Shown here piece after piece: positions 30,164-44,113 of a stretch of 64,000 nt of DNA. The stretch is from an uncultured Methanomicrobiaceae archaeon. Lineage in GTDB: Archaea > Halobacteriota > Methanomicrobia > Methanomicrobiales > Methanoculleaceae. The notes beneath the pieces are model-generated. The model had not been told where the DNA came from, did not search any database, and saw only the letters and a list, made by a program, of their open reading frames with translations. The position numbers were made by a program, and so were the translations under genes. The stretch is from positions 480,001 through 544,000 of the forward strand of contig CAWGXH010000004.1 in the NCBI GenBank assembly GCA_963826525.1, given 5' to 3'. Positions within the stretch are counted from its first letter, which is position 1, and every line of letters starts with the position of its first letter.

Positions 30164-32762
30164 TTAGTTAATGGAGCTGCCCTGCTGGATAGCATCTTCG
30201 GTGACGTCGAACGTGAGCGTCGTGCCTGCGATCCGGTACGGCCCGGTCGCCTTCACCTCACCCTGGCTGCCGGTCGTGGCGTACGGGACGACGAACGTAC
30301 CGTTGACGCTCTCCTGCCGGTAGGTGAAGGTTCGACCCGTGTTGGTGACGATCGGAACCTCGATCGTGCCCTCGCCCCGGATCGTCGCACCCGGCACGTA
30401 CTCGAAGATCTTGACGTACTTGATCGTCGCCGGATAGCCGGAGAGGCCGAGCGGGGACTCGTGGACGAGCCGGTAGTGCTGCAAGGCGCCGACGCGTTCG
30501 GCCGGTGCATTGATGGTGGTGCTGACGACCGTCGCGTGCGACCCTGCGGGTGCATTCTTATTGAACGCCTCGACGGCTGCCGCGGCCGCGGACGCATCCA
30601 TCGTCTGCGAACTGGTGATCACGGGGAGGGAGGTTCCGGAGAGACCGGCATCGCGGTACTCGACGTAGTAGACCGACGACGCATCGGTCATGGAACCATC
30701 GAAGTTGTGAAGCCGTGAGACCATCGTCTCGTAGTAGTTCTGGTTAAAGGGTGCAACGGCGGTGTAGGAGGTCGATCCGGGCGCCGAAGCCATCAGGAAC
30801 TGCGGCTGGAAGGGGGTCACGCCCGCCGTAGCGTTCGCCCAGGTGGCCATGGCCCAGAACTTTCCGGTATCCATCTCGATATCGGTGATGACGTACCGGG
30901 CGCCGAGCTGGTCGAGAATATCGTTGGCCGTCTCTTCCGAGGTCGCGGTAAAGTATGCCGCGGCTCCGTTCGGCCCGGCAACACCACGCTGGAACGGATT
31001 CGCGGTCGGAATCCGTTTCGATATAAACGTGATCCAGTGACCGTAGTCCCACCAGGACATCACGCCGTAGGCTTCGGCGGGGTAGGTGTAGGAGTTCGTC
31101 GTCGATCGCATAGTAGTCGACACCGGTATCGGGCGTGTTCGCCCCGAGCCAGGCGAGCGACTCCTGCCACTGCGAGTTCATACTGTTGTAGTGTGCGCTC
31201 GAGGAGAGCGCGATATCGCTCATAGTGGAGGAAGCGGCGAAGAGGAGACCGACAGCGACGACCGCCGCCACGGCACCCACTTTCAGGTAGTCGGGCTGGT
31301 GCTTTGCCGCGGCTTTCGGCTTCTGCGGCTTTGCGCCCTTCTGCCCTTTCTTGGAGGGCTCCGAATGGGCCTTCTCGCCTTCGGGACCCGGAGGAGACTG
31401 TTCCGTCCGGCCACCGACGAGACGGCGGATCTCCGGCCATCCGGCGCTCGCGACGAAGCCGATGAAGATCGCAGAGAGCAGGGCGATGTTGACGGCGAGG
31501 TAGTACTCGGTACCTGATGTGGGCGATCGTCGAGTAGAGGATGACCGCCGACCAGATGAGGACGAAGATCTGGGCGGGATGCTCTTCACGCCAGTTCCGG
31601 TAGGCGAGCGTGATAAAGCCGCCCGTCATCAGCAGGAGACCCCAGTGGAACGTTCCCCAGGCGTCGGCGAAACTCCATGCCCGGGCCTCCTGGACGGTCG
31701 TCGTGATCGCCTGCGAACCGAAGAACCCGGAGATGCTGCTCATGATGATGGCAAAGAAGTCGGGGGCGGCGGCAAAGACCGCAAGAAGCCCGAGGACGGC
31801 GATCCCGACGATCGAGAGCGGGATAGAGGTATTTCGGCCTATCTTTCAGGTATACCGCAAGGCCGTACAGGACGAATGTGCCGACGATCACGAGGAGGTA
31901 GGCGATGACGTGCATTATCGAGTACCTGGGAGAGGCTGAAACCAGCGTGCTGGATGCCGACGACGAACATCCCGAGGATGGCGACGCCGAAGACCACCAG
32001 GTTCAGAAACGCCAGATATTCGCTCGTCCGGCCGCGGTAGTAGTCCCAGACGAACTGCACGAGCGTAAAGAGCGCCACGATCAGGGCGAAGAGCACCATC
32101 GTCGGCATCGTGTAGAGGCCGAGGAGGTAGGCGATGCCGGCGAGAACCGCAAGGAGCCCGGGGCCTTTGAGGGTCTCAAACTTCCGGATATCGAAGCCGG
32201 GCCTGCGCACGGCGATCAGCGCGACGATGTATGCCAGCGCAAAGAGCGTCGAGAAGAGCACCTCCGCGATGTGGTGGTCCACAAAGCCGAAGAGCGACCG
32301 GTAGACGTACTGTCCCGATACGACGGCGATCAGTCCTGCCGAGAGAAGGCCGGTCTTCCAGTCCGCCAGCTTCGCACCGAGGCCGTACATGATCGGCACC
32401 ATAGCCGCAGCCATCAGCGGCGGCACCCACGACGCCACCACCATGATCTCGGGACGGGTGGCGGCACCGGTCAGGATGGAGAGCGTCGAGATGATGGAGA
32501 TGAAGAGCGGACCCCAGTAGATCGTCTCCCCGTACGGGAAGTACGTCATCGCGTCGAACCAGGCATACCCGGGATAGTTCGCGACCATCTGCTCAACCTG
32601 CCGGAGGTTGTACCAGGGATCGTTTCCGAGGAGATCGACCCCGGCGGGAGTAATCATCTGATCTGCAGCGATAACCCGTATCCAGAGTGCGAACACGGAA
32701 AAGACGATGAGTAATGCGATAATAATGTACGTCCGATACTTATTCAGTTCTGCTCGAGCCAT
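30164..32762 (-). CDS. aglB: Oligosaccharyltransferase AglB; several frameshifts
   Basis: GNDPWYNLR, FVDHHIAE, TVQEA, MSWWDYGHWI, NPFQ, VKIFEYVPGA. Confidence 0.93.
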
Positions 32763-32854
32763 CAGACCCTCCTTCTGTTACGTTTCTGTTTCTCTGTATA
32801 CCATTAATAAAGTTGGCCTCTGCCCGGACTATCGAGACCAAAAGCGGGCTTAAT

Positions 32855-34001
32855 TCAGGAAGAACCCGTGATTCTCTCGAAGATCTCTTCGAATGCAGCT
32901 GCTTTGCTCCGCCAGTCTGTGTTCGCTGGACCAGGGAATCGTAGCGGACAGGCCGCTCCGCAATCTCGAGGACTTTCGCGGCGAACTCGTCCGCCGTCCG
33001 GTAGGTGAAGAGGTGGTCGCCGCCCATCCGGATCATATCGGGGATCGGCGTCGAGAGGATCGGTTTCCCGCAGGCGGAGTACTCGAAGGTACTTGTTCGG
33101 GAGAGCGATGTCGATCCACTGCGGCGGCGAGAGCGGGATGGTGCAGAGATCCATCGGCGCGATATATCGGGGCATATCCCGGTACTCGACCGCCCCGGTG
33201 AAGATGACCCGGTCGCCGATCCCGAGTTCCGACGCGAGCTGCTTGAGTTCTTCCGAGTAGTTCGTGAAGAGCGAGCCGCCGACGATCAGGAGATATGCGT
33301 CCGGCCGGCCGGCGAGAACCCGCCGGAACACCCGGATCACCTCGTCGAGCGCATACCACCGCTCGACCGCACCCGCAAAGCCGAGGACGAAGGCATCGTC
33401 CGGGATCCCGAGGGAGGAGCGCATCGCCCGTCCGTCCAGAGGCCGGAAGAGGTCGGTGTTGACGCCGTTCGTTATCAGCTCCGCCGAGTATCCATAGTTT
33501 CTGAGTTTCTCGACGAGCCCGGGCGAGACCGTGGTGATGAGATCGCTCCGGTCGAGGTTGTAGCGGGTGATCGCGAGCACGCCGCTCTTGAGCGCCCACT
33601 GCAGGGCGGGGTTTTTGTAGTATGCCGCAGCGGAGTCCGGGAACCAGTCCTTGAGGTCGAAGATGACCGGGACGTCGTACTTCTTCGCGGCATGGATCAT
33701 GGCCGTCCCGGCGAGGACGTGGGCACCGACCACCACGTCGATATCGTTCTCCCGGATGATATCCCGGAGCACCCGGTAGTGGTGGGGCGCGTTGAGCGTA
33801 TAGTGGAGAAGCGGGCTTTCGACCGGGTACTTCGTCGCCTCGTGGACGACGAGCCGCGTCTCCCGCTCAGGCCCGCGGCTCACGTGGAAGTGCGGGACGT
33901 GCACCTCGTGGCGGAGGGCGAGCTCCTCGAAGATATTGTGGTGCCTGCGACGGGATCGGGTGGTGGATGTAGTCCTGGGTCGAGACGAGGAGGATCTTCA
34001 T
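32855..34001 (-). CDS. Glycosyltransferase family 4; frameshifted
   Basis: MKILLVSTQDYIHHP, ITNGVNTDLF, ALPNK.EYSACGKP. Confidence 0.88.
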
Positions 34002-34007
34002 GGGCTG

Positions 34008-35100
34008 TCACTGATCGATTTCAGGCTTGTAGCAGATGCGGGCGAGGTCGTCGTCCGTCACCTGCGGGTGGACGGGGAGACTCAGCACGGAGGCTGCGAG
34101 CCGTTCGGAGACGGGGCAGCGGCAGCCTTCCGCCGCCGACCGGTAGACCGGCTGCTCGTGGATCGGGATCGGGTAGTGGACGGCGCTGCCGATCCCCTCC
34201 TCGTGCAGGCGCTGCATGAGCTCGTCCCGCGAGAGCGGGAACGACGCCGGCACCGTGACTACGTACTGGTGGTAGACGTGCCGGACGCCGTCCATGCGGT
34301 GGGGCGGGATAAGGCCGCTCTCCCGGACGCACCGGTCGAGGTACTGCGGCGTTATGAATGCGCCGCTCGTTGAAGCCTTCGAGCCTGCCGAGCTGGACGA
34401 GGCCGACGGCGGCGCCCATATCGGTCAGGCGGAAGTTGTAGCCGATGGCGGTGTGCAGGTACTTTCTGCTCTGCCCGTGGTTGATGTACAGCCGGACCCG
34501 GTCGGCGAGGCCTGGATCGTCGGTGGTCACCATGCCGCCCTCGCCGGTGGTCATGTTCTTCGTCGGGTAGAACGAGAAGCAGCCGAAGTCGGCAAGGCCG
34601 CCGACCCGTTTGCCGTGGTACTCGGCGCCGTGCGCCTGGGCTGCATCCTCGACGAGGAGCAGGTCGTGATCGTCGCAGATCTCCCGGAGCGGCCGGACGT
34701 CGAAGGGCTGCCCGTAGAGGTGGACGCCGACGACCGCCTTCGTATCGGGTCGGAGCGCTTCGATTACGGCGTCGGGGTCGAGCGTGAACGTCCGCTCGTC
34801 GACGTCCGCAAAGACCGGGGTCGCCCCGGTCATCGAGACGCTCGTCGCGGTCGCGATGAACGAGAAGGACGGGACGACGACCGAATCGCCTGCCCCAATT
34901 CCGGCCGCGAGGAAGCCAGCGTGGAGAGCGGTCGTGCCGTTGCTGGTCGCGATCGCATGCGGAACGCCACAGTACTCGGCGAACCGGGACTCAAACTCCG
35001 CGACTTTCGGGCCGGAGGCTATCATCCCGGAACGCATCACCGCCGCGACCGCCTCGATCTCCTCCTCCCCGACAAAGGGCTTTGCAACAGGGATGTACAT
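34008..35100 (-). CDS. DegT/DnrJ/EryC1/StrS sugar aminotransferase (WbpE-like); frameshift near 34345
   Basis: SNGTTALH, EDAAQAHGA, FSFYPTKNMTTGEGG, GYNFRL. Confidence 0.92.
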
Positions 35101-35691
35101 CAGCGCCGCTCCGCTCCGGGGGGAGCTCTCTGAACCGTGCCGGCGAGCCGACCGCGAGCGCCCGCGGCGGAACGTCCTTCGTCACCACGGCGCCGGCCGC
35201 GACGAACGCCCCTTCGCCGATCGTAACGCCGGGGACGATCGTTGCGTTTGCCCCGATGACGGCGTCGTCGCCGATCACCGGCCCTTCGAGCGGGATCTTA
35301 CCGCTCGGCGGGTAACGGTCGTTCGTGAGGACGGTGTTCGGGCCGATGAAGACCCGGCTCCCAATACGGGTGTCGGTCGGAATGTAGACCATGCTCTGGA
35401 GCCGGACATCGTCGCCGATGACCGCACTCCCCTCGATGATCGCGGCCGTGCCGATAGCGACGCGGTCGCCGATCGTCGTCTTCTCGCGGACGAGCACGTT
35501 GTGGCCGGTCTGGAAGTCGTCGCCGATCGTCACGTCGCAGTAGATGATGGTTCCCGAACGAAGGACGGCGTTCTTTCCGATCACCGCTCCCGGGAAGTCT
35601 CGCTGATCCATCCTCTCCCTCGACGGGAACCCTATCATCACGGGTTCGAATATCCGGACACCGGGGCCGATGGTATTTCTGCCGTAGTCTG

Positions 35692-35695
<4 letters not shown>
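35100..35695 (-). CDS. Hexapeptide-repeat N-acetyltransferase (WbpD-like)
   Basis: FIGPNTVLTNDRYP, IGANATIVPGVTIG, AGAVVTKDVP. Confidence 0.9.
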
Positions 35696-37432
<1,737 letters not shown>

Positions 37433-37434
37433 CC

Positions 37435-38586
37435 CTAGATCACCCTGGTACCATCCTCTATGAGACCGACAACAGTTCTCCTTTCTGCAACCGTGACGTT
37501 GTTACCGACGACGCAGTTCTTAAATGTTGTGAACGGAGCGGCCTTGACGCCGTCTCCGAGCACCGCTCCGAACTCGGCCTTCATTATGCCGCCGCCGACC
37601 TCGAAGAAGGCCTCTTTCGGGTAGGTGGCGGTATGGTCGCCGAGCACGCAGCCCTGTCCGAAGACCGCGCTCACGACCCGGGAGTGCGAGCCGATCTGTA
37701 CGTCGTCCATGATGAGCGAGTCTTTCACGTAGGTGAACGGCTCGATCGCCACCCGCGAACCGATACTGGTGTCCGGCATAATGACGGTATGCGGCCCGAT
37801 CTCGCAGTCTTCTCCGATGATGACAGGGCCGTGGATAACCGTATTCGCTCCTATCGTCGTCCCCTTCCCGATCCTGACGAGACCCTGAAGGGATGCGGTG
37901 CTGCTGATCGCACCGCCGATCTCAGATGAGATCCCCCGTAGCATTCTGCCGTTGAGTTTCAGGAGGTCCCAGGAGTAGATGGCATCCTGCCAGTCTTCGG
38001 CAGGAATAGCCCGTATCCGCTCGCCGCTTGCGAGCATCGACCCTATTGCGTCGGGGAGCTCGTTGCTCGTGAGGTGGTTGAAGATCTCGCGGGTGAACGA
38101 GAAGACCCCGGTGCTGACGGTAAAGGTCGGGGCATCCTCGGGTTTCTCGATGAAGTCCTGCACAAACCCATCCCTGATCACGACGACCCCGAAGTTCGAG
38201 GGGCTCTGGTGTTCCGCGACCAGCATGGCGTTCCGCTCGCCCTTGATCCTCGCAATAGAAGCGGGGCTGATGTAGTTATCCCCGGGGAGAAGGAGGAAAT
38301 CACCGGAGATCTCCGCTTCGGCGCTCCGGAGCGCGTCGGCCGTTCCGAGCTGCCGCTCCTGCACCACGACCTGGATAGGAGCGTCGAGCTGGTTTAGGTA
38401 GCGGATCACGTGCTCTTTCCGGTACCCCACCACCACGACGATATCGCGGATACCGTTCTCGAGAAGGGCATTGATGACGTACTCGATGATCGGGCGGTCC
38501 GCGACGGGGATCATCGCTTTCGGCCTGCTCCGGGTCAGCGGGCGCAGCCGGTTTCCTTCCCCTGCTGCGAGAATTACTGCCTGCAT
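37435..38586 (-). CDS. Sugar-phosphate nucleotidyltransferase/acetyltransferase (GlmU-like paralog 2)
   Basis: VILAAGEGNRLRPLT, QLGTADA, C-terminal hexapeptide repeats. Confidence 0.9.
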   Translation of the reverse strand: MQAVILAAGEGNRLRPLTRSRPKAMIPVADRPIIEYVINALLENGIRDIVVVVGYRKEHVIRYLNQLDAPIQVVVQERQLGTADALRSAEAEISGDFLLLPGDNYISPASIARIKGERNAMLVAEHQSPSNFGVVVIRDGFVQDFIEKPEDAPTFTVSTGVFSFTREIFNHLTSNELPDAIGSMLASGERIRAIPAEDWQDAIYSWDLLKLNGRMLRGISSEIGGAISSTASLQGLVRIGKGTTIGANTVIHGPVIIGEDCEIGPHTVIMPDTSIGSRVAIEPFTYVKDSLIMDDVQIGSHSRVVSAVFGQGCVLGDHTATYPKEAFFEVGGGIMKAEFGAVLGDGVKAAPFTTFKNCVVGNNVTVAERRTVVGLIEDGTRVI

Positions 38587-38590
38587 GGTC

Positions 38591-39790
38591 TCACCGTATC
38601 ACTGTTTCGTCCTCGATGCAGCCCTCGACCAGTGAGTGAGGGGCGATCAGCACGTTGCTTCCGATCCGGCTCCCGACGTTGACGGAGCAGTTGATACCGA
38701 ACTGCACGCCGTCACCGACGATGGCGCCGAACTTCTTCCGGCCGGTGCTCTTCCCACAGACCTTCACCGGCCCGTGGTCGTGGCGGAGGTTCGCGACCTT
38801 GGTGCCGGCACCGAAGTTGCACTGCCTCCCGATGACAGAGTCGCCGATGTAGTTGAAGTGGGGTATCTTCGTTCCGGTCATGACGATGGAGTTTTTGATC
38901 TCGGCCGAGTGGCCGATATGGCAGCCGTCGCCGATGGACGTCGAGCCCCGGATGTAGGCGTGCGGCCCGATCGTGCAGTTCTCTCCGATCACGCAAGCCC
39001 CCTCGATATATGTCCCCGCCTTGATAACGGTTCCCTTCCCGACGGTCACCGTATCGGGGATAGTGACGCCCGGCTCTATTGTTCCATGCCGTTCGTGCCG
39101 CATGGCGGCAAGCAGGAGTTCGTTGGCGTCGAGGAGGTCCCACGGCTGCCCGACGTCGAGCCAGTCGCCGAGATGGTATGCCCGGAGATTCCCGGCACGA
39201 ATATAGGCTTCGAGGGCATCGGTGAGCTCGAACTCACCGCGGCCCGAGACCTTCACGCTCGTCAGGAGATCGAAGATCTCCGTATCGAAGAGGTAGGCCC
39301 CGGCGTTGATGAGGTTGCTCTTCGGGGCTTCGGATTTCTCTTCAAGCCCCGTCACGAGGCTATCCTCGACCGTCACCACCCCGTAGTCCTGCGGGTGATC
39401 GGTATGGTAGATCCCGACGCACGGGGCGGGCATTTGGAGAAATTCCCGGATATCAGCCGCTTTTAAGATCATATCGCCGTTTAAGAGGAGGAAACGATCC
39501 TTGACCAGACCCGCTGCCGCCCGCAGGGCATCGGCGGTTCCGAGCTGGTAGCGCTGGGTGACGTAGGTGATCTTCACGCCGAGCGATTCGCCCTCGCCGA
39601 AGTGATTCCGGATCTCACGCTCGCAATAGCCGACGACGAAGACGAAATCGGTGATCCCCGCATCACGTGCCGCAATGACAAGATGCTCCATCATCGGACG
39701 GTTCGCGATCGGCAGCATTACCTTCGGCCGCTTTGCAGTCAGGGGACGCATCCGTTTGCCTTCACCTGCTGCGAGTACTACACACTGCAT
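38591..39790 (-). CDS. glmU: Bifunctional sugar-1-phosphate nucleotidyltransferase/acetyltransferase
   Basis: LAAGEGKRMRPLT, SGRGEFELTD, HFNYIGDS, NFGAGT..ANLRHD. Confidence 0.92.
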   Translation of the reverse strand: MQCVVLAAGEGKRMRPLTAKRPKVMLPIANRPMMEHLVIAARDAGITDFVFVVGYCEREIRNHFGEGESLGVKITYVTQRYQLGTADALRAAAGLVKDRFLLLNGDMILKAADIREFLQMPAPCVGIYHTDHPQDYGVVTVEDSLVTGLEEKSEAPKSNLINAGAYLFDTEIFDLLTSVKVSGRGEFELTDALEAYIRAGNLRAYHLGDWLDVGQPWDLLDANELLLAAMRHERHGTIEPGVTIPDTVTVGKGTVIKAGTYIEGACVIGENCTIGPHAYIRGSTSIGDGCHIGHSAEIKNSIVMTGTKIPHFNYIGDSVIGRQCNFGAGTKVANLRHDHGPVKVCGKSTGRKKFGAIVGDGVQFGINCSVNVGSRIGSNVLIAPHSLVEGCIEDETVIR

Positions 39791-39812
39791 CTTAACACCA
39801 CTCCCCCGTCCA

Positions 39813-41064
39813 TCAGGAACGTTTTCCTTTGTTTAGAAGCTCGCGCCCCATTTCAATCATCTCCTTTGCTTTTTCGGACGTTTTACCCTCCGCGGTAATC
39901 CTGACCTTCGGTTCGGTCCCGCTCGCCCGGATAAGGCACCAGCCCTCTTCGTCCGCGACCCGGATACCGTGGGTGGGTTCGTCCGCACCGAGTGCCGTGA
40001 GAATATCACGGGGGGCATCGACGTGGAACGATTCCCGGAGAATGGTGTACCGGGGCATCCGGTCGAGTTCCTCGGCGATATTCCACTCCGATGCGATCTC
40101 GCAGAAGAGTGCGCCCGCGTGGATCCCGTCAGGGCAGTAGGAGTATTCGGGGAAGATCCAACTCCCGGAGGGTTCGCCGCCGAAGTCGCCCCAGGCAAGG
40201 AGCTCTTCGGAGACGAAACTGTCTCCGACCGGCGTCCGGTGCACCTCGGCGACCTCTTCGATCGCCATCGAGGCGTCGACCGTCGTCACGACCCGCTCGC
40301 TCCCGAGGTAGCTCGCAAAGAGCATCAGAAGGTGATCACCGTCAATATACCTGCCCCGCCCATCGAATGCCATCATCCGGTCGGCATCGCCGTCATGCAC
40401 GACGGCGCAGTCCGCACCGGTCTTCCGGACCATCTCCCCGACGTAGGGGAGGTTCACCTCGAGCGGCTCTGACGGGCGCGCAAATTTTCCGGAGACATTG
40501 CAGTTCAGACCGACCACGGCGGCGCCGGCGGCGGCGAGGAGATCCGGGGAGATGACGCTCCCCGCACCGTTGCCGCAGTCGAGAACCGCCTTGATCTCCC
40601 GGGAGAAGTCCACCCGGTCGAGGATCGCTTCCCGGTGGGCGGCGACCATATCGACCTCGCAGACGCTGCCCTGCTCCTGCCAGCCCGTCCAGTGCTTCTC
40701 CGTTACCAGCTGCTCGATCTCTGCCTGCTGCTGCAGGGTGAACGACGACCCGTCGGGGTTGAAGAGCTTGACGCCGTTGTACAGGTTCCGGGTTGTGCGA
40801 GGCGGTGATCATGCACCCGGCCTCGATGTTCCGTGTACCGAATGCAACCGTCGGGGTGGGAGCGATACCGCAGGAGTAGACGCTTCCTCCCGCCGAGAGC
40901 ATGCCCGCTATGGCGCTGTGCGCCAGAAGCCCGCTTGTCGTGCGGGTATCCGTACCTACGATGATCTCCGATGCACCTGCGGCAACCGCAGAACCGACCC
41001 GGAGCACCAGATCGACGAGTCCGGGGTCAAACTGCCGCCGTATTCCCGAAGAGCCAAAAAGCAT
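39813..41064 (-). CDS. glmM: Phosphoglucosamine mutase / phosphohexomutase; frameshift near 40785
   Basis: LFGSSGIR, MITASHNP, HDGDADR, GGEPSG, IRASGTEPKVR. Confidence 0.9.
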
Positions 41065-41100
41065 AGAGCATAATCACCCTGTTTTCCTAGAAAAAGGTAT

Positions 41101-41706
41101 TCATCGCCCGTACGGGCACCAGTGTTCCTGATCGAGCAAACCGGAGACTCCGACCGTCGAGGGGCCGAGAAAGAGCATCCGCTTCTTCCCCGACCAGGCA
41201 TCGATCGCCGCAAGCCCGGCATCGGAAACCATCCCCTGGCCGGTGATGAGGAAGATATCGGCCTCTTCAGGGTTCTGCGTCACCTGATGCCGCATCGTCT
41301 CGCTCACCACGTAGTTCTCGCCGACGAGGTAGATCCGCCCACCGCCGATCTCCGCCGCGAGGTCGGCGCGGCAGTTCCGGTAGCAGTCCGGCGTGCAGGC
41401 GTGCACCTTTCGCGCAAGGCAGAGGAAGGCCGAAACGGCGTTGATGATGACGCATGCCGCCCCCCGCTGTTTCGGGTCGGCGAGCGGAGCGCCGAACATG
41501 AACGAGACCCGGGTATTCGCCCGGACCGGATCGTTCGTGAGAAACTCCCCGGTGCCTCCGGCGTATACCGCCTCCATGCAGACGCCCTTCGGGTACTGGC
41601 ATTTCTCGGCCTCGTAGTTCACCTGCAGGGTGACGATTCCGCTTTCGCATCCGCTGTCCTGCAATCGCTGTTCCAGTTCTTTGACCGCATCATTTACAAT
41701 ACTCAT
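41101..41706 (-). CDS. Conserved hypothetical protein (Rossmann-like C-terminus)
   Basis: MSIVNDAVKELE...FLGPSTVGV...WCPYGR; GGAGG RBS; in operon with neighbours. Confidence 0.7.
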   Translation of the reverse strand: MSIVNDAVKELEQRLQDSGCESGIVTLQVNYEAEKCQYPKGVCMEAVYAGGTGEFLTNDPVRANTRVSFMFGAPLADPKQRGAACVIINAVSAFLCLARKVHACTPDCYRNCRADLAAEIGGGRIYLVGENYVVSETMRHQVTQNPEEADIFLITGQGMVSDAGLAAIDAWSGKKRMLFLGPSTVGVSGLLDQEHWCPYGR

Positions 41707-41707
41707 A

Positions 41708-42328
41708 TCAGATTCCTCCGGGAACTTCCCGATCGCAGAGCACCACCCGTGCCGGAGAGCCGTCGCAGCCACGGAGCCGGAGCGGCAGTGCGACCATCGT
41801 GTAGTCGCCGCCCGGCACGCCGGAGAGATCGAGGAGTTCCAGAACGGCGACCCCGTGTCCGAGGAGGTGGCGGTGGACCGAACCGTCACCGTCATATGCC
41901 TCGACCGACGGTGTGTCGATCCCGACACAGACCAGTCCGCTCTCCGTCAGCAGGCGGGCAGCCTCAAGCGAGAGGGAGGGATACGCAGGATCGAAGCGGG
42001 TCTCTTCGGAGAACCACGTCCGCAGCAGAAGGCGCTCTGCTCCGGGAAGGTGGCTTTCCAGGTGCTCTGCCGTTATCGTACCCCGGACGGACCGGAGATC
42101 CACAACCCGTGCCCGGCCTATGAGCCGTTCGAGCGGGATCTGGTCGACCGTCGCCCCGTCTTCCAGGAAGTGGGACGGCGCATCGATATGCGTCCCGCTG
42201 TGCGAGCAGAGGGAGAGCGTGCTGATTCGGGGCGTGCCGGTATCCTCCTGCACCATCGGGAAAGCGGGGTCACCCGGATAGACCACCGCCTCTTCCGAGA
42301 GTACCCGGGTGATGTCGCGGACCTTCAC
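41708..42328 (-). CDS. Cyclase / kynurenine formamidase family protein
   Basis: YPGDP, HSGTHIDAPSH, GIDTPSVE, DGSPAR. Confidence 0.92.
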   Translation of the reverse strand: MKVRDITRVLSEEAVVYPGDPAFPMVQEDTGTPRISTLSLCSHSGTHIDAPSHFLEDGATVDQIPLERLIGRARVVDLRSVRGTITAEHLESHLPGAERLLLRTWFSEETRFDPAYPSLSLEAARLLTESGLVCVGIDTPSVEAYDGDGSVHRHLLGHGVAVLELLDLSGVPGGDYTMVALPLRLRGCDGSPARVVLCDREVPGGI

Positions 42329-42330
42329 GC

Positions 42331-42990
42331 CTATTCAGCCCCGTCCCACCCGTACTCGCCGATGAGCGGGACGAAACAGACCCCGCCGAAGGTCGTGCGC
42401 TCGATGCGCCCGTCACGCTTGACGAGCCGCACGAGCTCCTGGCAGTCCCGGGCGCCTGCCGGGGCTACCAGACGCCCTCCTTCCGCAATCTGCTCGATGA
42501 GCGGCTCCGGGATGCTCGGTGTCGCCGCAGTGACGAGGATGGCGTCGTAAGGCGCCTCCGCCGGATATCCCTTCGTCCCGTCGCCCACGATGATCCGGAC
42601 GTTCCCGACTCCCGCACGCTCGAGGTTCTTTCGGGCCTGCGCGGCCACCGACGCTATGCGCTCGATGGAGAGGACACGGTCGACGAGTTCGCCGAGGATC
42701 GCCGCCTGGTAGCCGCTGCCCGAACCGATCTCAAGCACCCTATCGCCGGGGCGGAGTTCCAGAAGCTCGGTCATGACGGCGACAATATAGGGCTGCGAGA
42801 TCGTCTGCCCTTCGCCGATCGGGAGCGGGTTATCCTGGTAGGCGGCACGCTCGTAGGCAGGAGGAACAAAAAAGTGGCGCGGAACCTTCCGCATGGCAGC
42901 AAGGAGGCGCTGGTCGCTGACGCCCCGTGCCCGGATCTGGCCTTCGACCATCGCGTGGCGAAGCTCGGTGTAGGGGTCGGCGGCGTTCAT
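42331..42990 (-). CDS. pcm: Protein-L-isoaspartate O-methyltransferase
   Basis: GQTISQP, LEIGSGSGYQAA, APYDAI, FVPL. Confidence 0.96.
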   Translation of the reverse strand: MNAADPYTELRHAMVEGQIRARGVSDQRLLAAMRKVPRHFFVPPAYERAAYQDNPLPIGEGQTISQPYIVAVMTELLELRPGDRVLEIGSGSGYQAAILGELVDRVLSIERIASVAAQARKNLERAGVGNVRIIVGDGTKGYPAEAPYDAILVTAATPSIPEPLIEQIAEGGRLVAPAGARDCQELVRLVKRDGRIERTTFGGVCFVPLIGEYGWDGAE

Positions 42991-43012
42991 GGGTGAATTA
43001 CCAGATCCCGAA

Positions 43013-44113
43013 TCAGAACCCTGACTCGGCTTTATCGATAGCAGCGTCTATCTGTTGCTGCAGGACTGCAGGCAGCCCACTGATCTTAACATCAAGGAAC
43101 CCACGTATAATGGTTGCGGTGGCCTCCTCCTCGTTCAGGCCACGGGACATGAGATACTCGATCTCATTACGGGCGATCTTGCCGACCGCGGCTTCGTGGG
43201 AGAGCTCGGTGCCGGTCAGCCGCCCCTCGATCTCCGGGATGGCATGAATGGTGCCGTCTTTCAGGATAAGACCCCGGCACTCGATATGCCCGCGGGTCCG
43301 GTCGGTGCCGCCGAGGATATGGCCGCGGGAGATGATGGTGCCGCCCGTCGTGATGGCGCGGGTGATCAGTTCGGCGCTCGTATCCTCGGCCTCCAGAAGT
43401 GCACGGGAACCGAGATCGAGGTGCGAACCGGGCGTTGAGACGACGATGCTGCTGAACCTGCCGACGGCACCCTTCCCGGTGAGCCGGGCTGTCGGGTACA
43501 TCTGGATCTTCTTCACCGGCTGCATGCAGACGTAGTTCGAGATGAAGACGCCGCCCTCCTCGACGACGGCCATGCTCCTTGGGAAGACGCTGATGCCGGG
43601 GCTCCAGTTGTGGATCATCGTCGAGGTCACTTTTGCGTTCTTCCCGACGTAGATCTCGGTGACGCCGAGGTGTGCCCCGTGCTCTTTCTGCGACGAACTG
43701 GCGCAGCCCGAGATTAGGTGGATCTCCGCACCCTCCCGGGCAATGATGATATTGTGGACGTGCTGAACCTTCTCTTCCCGAAGGAAGAGGCATGCCTGCA
43801 ACGGCGTCGCGGAGCGGGCTCCCTCGTGAGCGATGACGACGACACCCTGCGGCGCGGTCTGGCGGGCGACGTACTCCGTATACTTGTCCTTATCCTTCGG
43901 GACGGCCTTCCAGTAGTAGTCGCTGACCCACTCGTACTTCTCGAGGGCGACGGCGATCGGCAGAATCTCGATACCTTCAGCGACGCAGGAGGACTGCACG
44001 ACCTCCTGATCGATCTGGAAGAAACTGCCGCAGCGGTTCGTCATCCCGAGATCGAGGCCGGTCAGTGCCAGGCGGTCTTTATCCTCGGGGGAGAGATTTC
44101 CTATCTCGTTCAT
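43013..44113 (-). CDS. sufB: SufB/SufD-family Fe-S scaffold (SmsB-like)
   Basis: PLQAC, HNIII, TMIHNW, GHIECRGL, LSHEAAVGKI, YLMSRGL. Confidence 0.9.
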   Translation of the reverse strand: MNEIGNLSPEDKDRLALTGLDLGMTNRCGSFFQIDQEVVQSSCVAEGIEILPIAVALEKYEWVSDYYWKAVPKDKDKYTEYVARQTAPQGVVVIAHEGARSATPLQACLFLREEKVQHVHNIIIAREGAEIHLISGCASSSQKEHGAHLGVTEIYVGKNAKVTSTMIHNWSPGISVFPRSMAVVEEGGVFISNYVCMQPVKKIQMYPTARLTGKGAVGRFSSIVVSTPGSHLDLGSRALLEAEDTSAELITRAITTGGTIISRGHILGGTDRTRGHIECRGLILKDGTIHAIPEIEGRLTGTELSHEAAVGKIARNEIEYLMSRGLNEEEATATIIRGFLDVKISGLPAVLQQQIDAAIDKAESGF